A stretch of 63,831 bases of DNA, the filler included, from Folioceros fuciformis (lineage: Eukaryota), in assembly GCA_049999805.1 (NCBI GenBank). It is 6 parts of 6 records of this genome, joined end to end, with 100 filler letters (N's around TTAATTAATTAA, not from the genome) between each part and the next. Parts side by side here need not be neighbours in the genome. Positions count along the whole stretch, not along the records: positions 56,525 to 63,831 come from JBNGIO010004143.1; 5 more parts are not named here. One strand, 5' to 3'. The first letter of the stretch is position 1. Every line of letters begins with the position of its first letter. The position numbers were made by a program, and so were the translations under genes. The notes beneath the pieces were generated by a model that worked only from the letters and a program-made list of their open reading frames with translations, searched no databases and was not told the DNA's origin. Positions 59,119 through 63,831 of this stretch are shown one piece after another.

Positions 59119-60561
59119 ATGGCACCAGCCGATAGGCCAAGGAGCCTTCAGTGCCAGTATGGATGCCAAAGGCTTTTCCGTTGCCAGGAAGATATGGAGG
59201 ATCATCGACGGATAAGTCACGCTACACCACGTAAGCAAGTTGATTGCCCTGAGCTGCTCCTGGAAATGTTATCTGTAGCTGGAGATGCCTGATTCTGGTT
59301 TGAAACCTCGAGTGGAAGCGAGCAGTATTGAATGTCGGAAACCGTGACGATGTCGCTCACAAGACCTAATGTGAGAACGAGAAGGGACGTGGTAGGCGGG
59401 GAGTAGGAGAGATGAAAGCAATCCCTTGATCAGTAGCAGTGCTGAGCTGACGGTTATCGTGAACGCTACAGACGCAAGGGGAAGGGCTGCTGTCGCAGTG
59501 CTGCTGAGTCTAGCTCGTGCGCAGCAGGATGCTCGTCCTCAACAGGTTGCTCGTCCTCAGCAGGTTGCTCCTCCACGGCACGTTGCTGGGGTCAGATCCG
59601 TTAAGTCGGTCGGTTGCAACGACTGTGGAAGACGGTTTGCCGACCATGGGGCGTTGCAGCAGCACCAGCTTGCTGCACCTCCTGGTTCGCACACGCTGCT
59701 CGGGAGAGCACCGCACTCCCGATGCTGTCAGAAGTGTCCCCGCGAGGATTTTGCCACAATTGAGGCCCTCGAACAGCACCATGCTACATGCCACGCAGGT
59801 ACGGGGCCGGTTCTGTTTTCTCGTGCCAACGGGACTTCAGTCAAATAGTATGCAGCATTCCATTTCCAGTTAACAATCCGTCATCTCTCCACTCCTTCGT
59901 CGCAGTGGAAGAGTTTTCGCAAGGAAACTCAGAACGTCGAGAGATAGAAGCTTACTTTCACAGGAAATGGCTGCACAACGGTCTACGGAGGCCCGTCATT
60001 CTCTCCGTCCTCAAAATCTACAACCTCGCGAGACGGATAGACAAATTCGAGACGTACCGGGTGGAGGTGAAGGTTAGAGCTAATGAACGTCCCGGCCCAC
60101 AGGACGACAAATCTTTAAAGGACGGGAACGAGGTGCGACGATTTCACGGAACTGCTGTATACTGCAACATTGGCAGTATGTCCAACACTCGAGTCTGCAG
60201 CGAGGCGCGGTGCAGTCTCTGCAACATTATCCGAAACGGATTCCTGTTGAAGAAGGTGAGGAGAGACGCATTCCAGAGATTCGGACCTGGAATCTATACA
60301 ACTGCTACAAGCAGCAAAGCTCATGCGTACGTGAGAGCGGAGTATGGATTGGGGCCAACTAGGAAGGCCTTGATTGTCTGCAAAGTGATCGCGGGAAGGG
60401 TGTTCAAAGTGCAAAACAACATGGAACACCTGGCAGGGCCCCCGCCCGGCTTCGATTCCGTGATTGGAGAACCAGGGAAGGATCTCAAATACGACGAGCT
60501 CGTTGTGTATGACTCGAGAGCTATCTCACCTCGATGTATCGTGATATACGAGTGCCGTTGA
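59119..60561 (+). CDS. C2H2 zinc-finger protein with a C-terminal PARP-like ADP-ribosyltransferase domain, 3 exons (59119-59230, ~59471/59514-59798, 59906-60561)
   Basis: ZF CQYGC..HRRISH, CNDC..HQ, CQKC..HHATCH. ART motifs DGNEVRRFHGT, CSLCNIIRNGF, RFGPGIY, SKAHAY, ALIVCKVIAG, GFDSV, YDELVVY, P..IVIY. The phase-1 GT-AG introns join in frame. Confidence 0.85.
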
Positions 60562-61029
60562 GGCTACTGGCAATGTGGGATCCAGAGTGAGATTGTTTAC
60601 ATTCATGCTCGATTGTCCAAAGGTCCATATTTTTACATTCATGCTCATTGTCCAAAGGTCCATGTTCTTTGTCGTCAAGGCGTCCCTCCTCTTGGACCCA
60701 CATACAGTCCGCCCTCTATAAATGTTATAAATGTTAGACCGCCCTGTGTAAATGTGACCTCCCTAAATGTTATACCTCTATAAATGCTAGAAGTTGTGAC
60801 CTCCCTAAATGTTATACCTCTATAAATGCTAGAAGTTTGGATACTCCCTAGTTGGGAAGTAAGGTTAAATATTATTTTTCTATAAATATTATATATTATT
60901 TATTGTAGGAAAATAAGTATTCTTAATCATTACAGTCTAATTTTATAAATATTATTTTTATTTTATATAATATACATTATACTTAAAATAGTATGAATAA
61001 TATTAATATCTAATTTATCCAATGACGAT

Positions 61030-61392
61030 GCGAGACTTGGATGGACCCAAAGCAAGAGAAGGCCAATCACAATGTAGGATTTGGATGGGCCCAAAGCAAG
61101 AGAAGGCCAATCACAAAGGACTTGGATGGGTCCAAAGCAAGAGAAGGCCAATCACAAAGGACTTGGATGGGCCCAAAGCAAAAGAAGGCCAATCACAAAG
61201 GACTTGGATGGGCCCAAAGCAAGAGAAGGCCAATCACAAAGGACTTGGATGGGCCCAAAGCAAGAGAAGGCCAATCACAAAGGACTTGGATGGACCCAAA
61301 GCAAGAGAAGGCCAATCACAAAAGACTTGGATGGGCCCAAAGCAAGAGAAAGCCAATCACAAAGGACTTGGATGGGCCCAAAGCAAGAGAAG
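61030..61392. repeat. 41-bp minisatellite, about 9 copies
   Basis: ggacttggatgggcccaaagcaagagaaggccaatcacaaa. Confidence 0.93.
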
Positions 61393-61885
61393 GAGGAGGG
61401 AGCAAGGAGGCCTAAGCAAAGGTGGAAGGAGAGAGCAAGAGGGAGCAAGGAGCAAGAGGGAGCAAGGGAGCTAGGAGCAAGAGGGAGCAAGGGAGCTAGG
61501 AGCAAGAGGGAGCAAGGGAGTCAAGAGCAAGAGGAAGCAAGGAGGCCCAAGCAAAGGTGGAAGGAGAGAGCAAGAAGGAACAAGGAGCAAGGAGGAGCTA
61601 GGGAGCAAGGAGCAAGAGGAAGCAAGAGGGAGCAAGGAGCAAGAGGAAGCAAGAGGGAGCAAGGAGCAAGAGGAAGCAAGAGGGAGCAAGGAGCGAGAGG
61701 AAGCAAGAGAGAGTAAGGAGCAAGAAGGAGCAAGAAGGAGCAAGGAGCAAGGAGCAAGAAGGAGCAAGGAGCAAGAAGGAGCAAGGAGCAAGAAGGAGCA
61801 AGGAGCAAGAGAGAGCAAGAAGCAAGAGGGTACAAGGCACAAGAGAGAGAAGGAGAAGGCAAGAGAAGGAGGACCAAGAGAGAAG
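61393..61885. repeat. Purine-rich low-complexity repeat (gagcaag variants)
   Basis: Nearly T-free tract of gagcaag/ggagcaaga units. Confidence 0.9.
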
Positions 61886-62188
61886 TAAGTACGTATTTAT
61901 GTATATAGGAGTGTATGAAGTAAAAAATAATAATTGTATTTTCTTTTTAACTTGGTTTAATATTTATTATTTCATGCGTTATTTTTCATGCGTTAAGCCC
62001 GGAAATCTTATAACTATCTATCTTGGCAGTTTTTTTTTTTTACGCTTTCATGTGGCTTGGGAAGGAACATGTTACCACATTCAAATTGTAATAGGTTTTG
62101 GTAACTCTTGTATTTATTGTTGAAGGCTTTTGATCTAACATGTGTTCTCCATCCAGGTACGTTCTGCTTGTTAACGTGAAATGCTTCT

Positions 62189-62340
62189 AAAATCACATAT
62201 TCGGAGGTATGTTTCTATATTAGATTTGGGATACTTTGTATTTCATTATATTGAATACTCAATTAAATCACATATTCGGAGGTATGTTTCTATATTAGAT
62301 TTGGGATACTTTGTATTTCATTATATTGAATACTCAATTA
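62189..62340. repeat. 75-bp tandem duplication
   Basis: aaatcacatattcggaggtatg..gaatactcaatt twice. Confidence 0.9.
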
Positions 62341-62464
62341 TTAAATTGTATGTTTGCAACTTTTGCTTTTCTTAAGGTGAATTCAATATACCGAGAGAAC
62401 CAAGTAGTAAGAAGAAATTATCTTTGACGATGGGGGCAAAAGAAAGAAATAATATTATACAAAG

Positions 62465-63831
62465 ATGCTCATAGTGGAGCTACTAATCGAGAGGTTAGTG
62501 CTTGGGCTTCTTTATCAATTCAGCATGCTAGTTTCTGCTATGACCATAGGTCGAATTTTCAAGAAAGGAAATGAGTTTCGAAACGTCAAGGATCATGAAG
62601 CTAACTCTAAACGAAATAAGGATACATTTCATCCCAAGGTTGAGGAGGCTTTGTTTTCATGGTTTGTGATGATGGAAGGAAATATCGCTATCTCTGACGA
62701 TATGTTGTGTGAAATGGGAAAACAGTTCTTTGATAGGTTACCAGAAGCAGAAAGGTTGGAAAAACCACTAACATTTTCTCATGGTTGGATAGCAAAGTTT
62801 AAACATCGACATGACATCAAAGGTTTTGTGAAGCATGGAGAAGCTGTAAGTGCTGATATATCGCAGATGTTCCAAGATAGAATGGAAGACATTAAAAGTA
62901 TCATGCGAGGATACGAGCCTCAGGATATTTTTAACATGGATGAAACAGGGTTGTTCTACAGATTGGAACCGAACAAAACATTGGCAACGAAGAGGCTAAG
63001 CGGGAAGAAAACTCCAAAGGAAAGGCTAACTGTTGCTTTGACAACCAATATGGATGGTAGTTATAAATTACCACCCTTTGTGATCAACAAATTCTTGAGG
63101 CCTAGAGCTTTTACTAGTCGCAACATTGAACGAGTGAAGAATTTGGGTATTCATTGGTTAGCAGACTCAAATGCTTGGATGTCGGTGGCTTTATTTGAGC
63201 AATTTATTCTCTTTTTTGATGCGAACATGAGAGTTAGGGGCCGTACTAATGTCTTGCTTCTTTTGGATAATGCTTTTGGATAATGCTCCTGTTCATAAAC
63301 TATCAGCTGAGACACAAAGTAAGCTTCAAATTACAAGGGTTGAATTTTTTCTTCCTAATGTTACGGCATGTTACCAACCCATGGATGCAGGCATTATACA
63401 ATCTTTTAAGGCCAATTACAGGAAAAGGCTTGTTCAACATAAAATCTAAGAGATTCAAAATGGTAATTCTCCTCTTATTTGATGTATATCATGCTGTGAC
63501 TATGTTGGAAAAAGCTTGGCGTATCGATGTTAAAGAGAAAATCATTAGAAATTGTTGGAAACACTCTGGGTTATGGCAAGAGAGAGCAAGTGCTAGCGTG
63601 TTGGATATAGACTTGAATCAACTTAGTTTTGAGACATGAAATGCTAACAGTGATGATGAGCAACAACAAGACAACCAAGCAACACGTGAAGATAGAGATT
63701 ACGCAGAAATAGAAATGCTTCTTTGTCAGTTGAGGGATTTAGAACTTGGCACAACAGGATTGACCCCTACTATGCCTACAGAAGAATTTGTTGATTATGA
63801 GGTGACAAATGCATGTGCTATCTTTTCTACT
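62465..63831 (+). pseudogene. Tigger/pogo transposase (CENP-B HTH + DDE_1) disrupted by frameshifts and stops
   Basis: HPKVEEALFSWF..ISDDMLCE..FSHGWIAKFKHRH; IFNMDETGLFY; KERLTVAL; NAWM; LLLLDNA; QPMDAGII; IIRNCWKHSG. A 13-bp duplication (tttggataatgct) breaks the frame at ~63263-63288. Confidence 0.92.

Larger units (their letters stand above)
60705..63831 (+). mobile_element. pogo/Tigger DNA transposon, left end plus disrupted transposase, running off the window
   Basis: TA + cagtccgccctcta.. TIR-like start with subterminal ctataaatg repeats, internal minisatellites and a downstream transposase. The right TIR is not visible, so linking this end to the transposase is inference. Confidence 0.65.

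Noticed and set aside
61022-61877. Several long ORFs on both strands
   Set aside because: Products of the 41-bp and purine-rich tandem repeats, with no domain content

Overview
Eukaryotic nuclear sequence from a seed-free land plant, most likely a hornwort (inference). The evidence is dense GC-rich genes with mostly ~80-200 nt introns, a ciliary ARL3, and a PLS-PPR with a PGQSWW-type PG box. The window is not one locus: five artificial 100-nt spacers (44 N + TTAATTAATTAA + 44 N) join six separate scaffolds, so gene neighbourhood across them is meaningless. Genes I could reconstruct by hand: intronless PLATZ factor, WDR44-like WD40 protein, class I GH19 chitinase (on an exactly duplicated contig), F-box pseudogene, mitochondrial carrier, FANCF, a divergent WOX13-like homeobox gene, BORCS6, ARL3, UFC1, a P-class PPR, the 5' part of ATG2, GILP/LITAF, a SUT4-type sucrose transporter, a PLS-E+ PPR, and a C2H2-zinc-finger/PARP-like ADP-ribosyltransferase. 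Two pogo/Tigger DNA transposons, other decayed TE sequence and several minisatellites are also present. The most interesting candidates are the zinc-finger ADP-ribosyltransferase with an intact H-Y-E triad, the WOX with a broken WFQN motif, an unannotated H/ACA sca/snoRNA-like fold, a U12-type intron, and a pogo insertion whose empty site is preserved in a minisatellite. All family assignments are motif recognition from memory; no searches were run.
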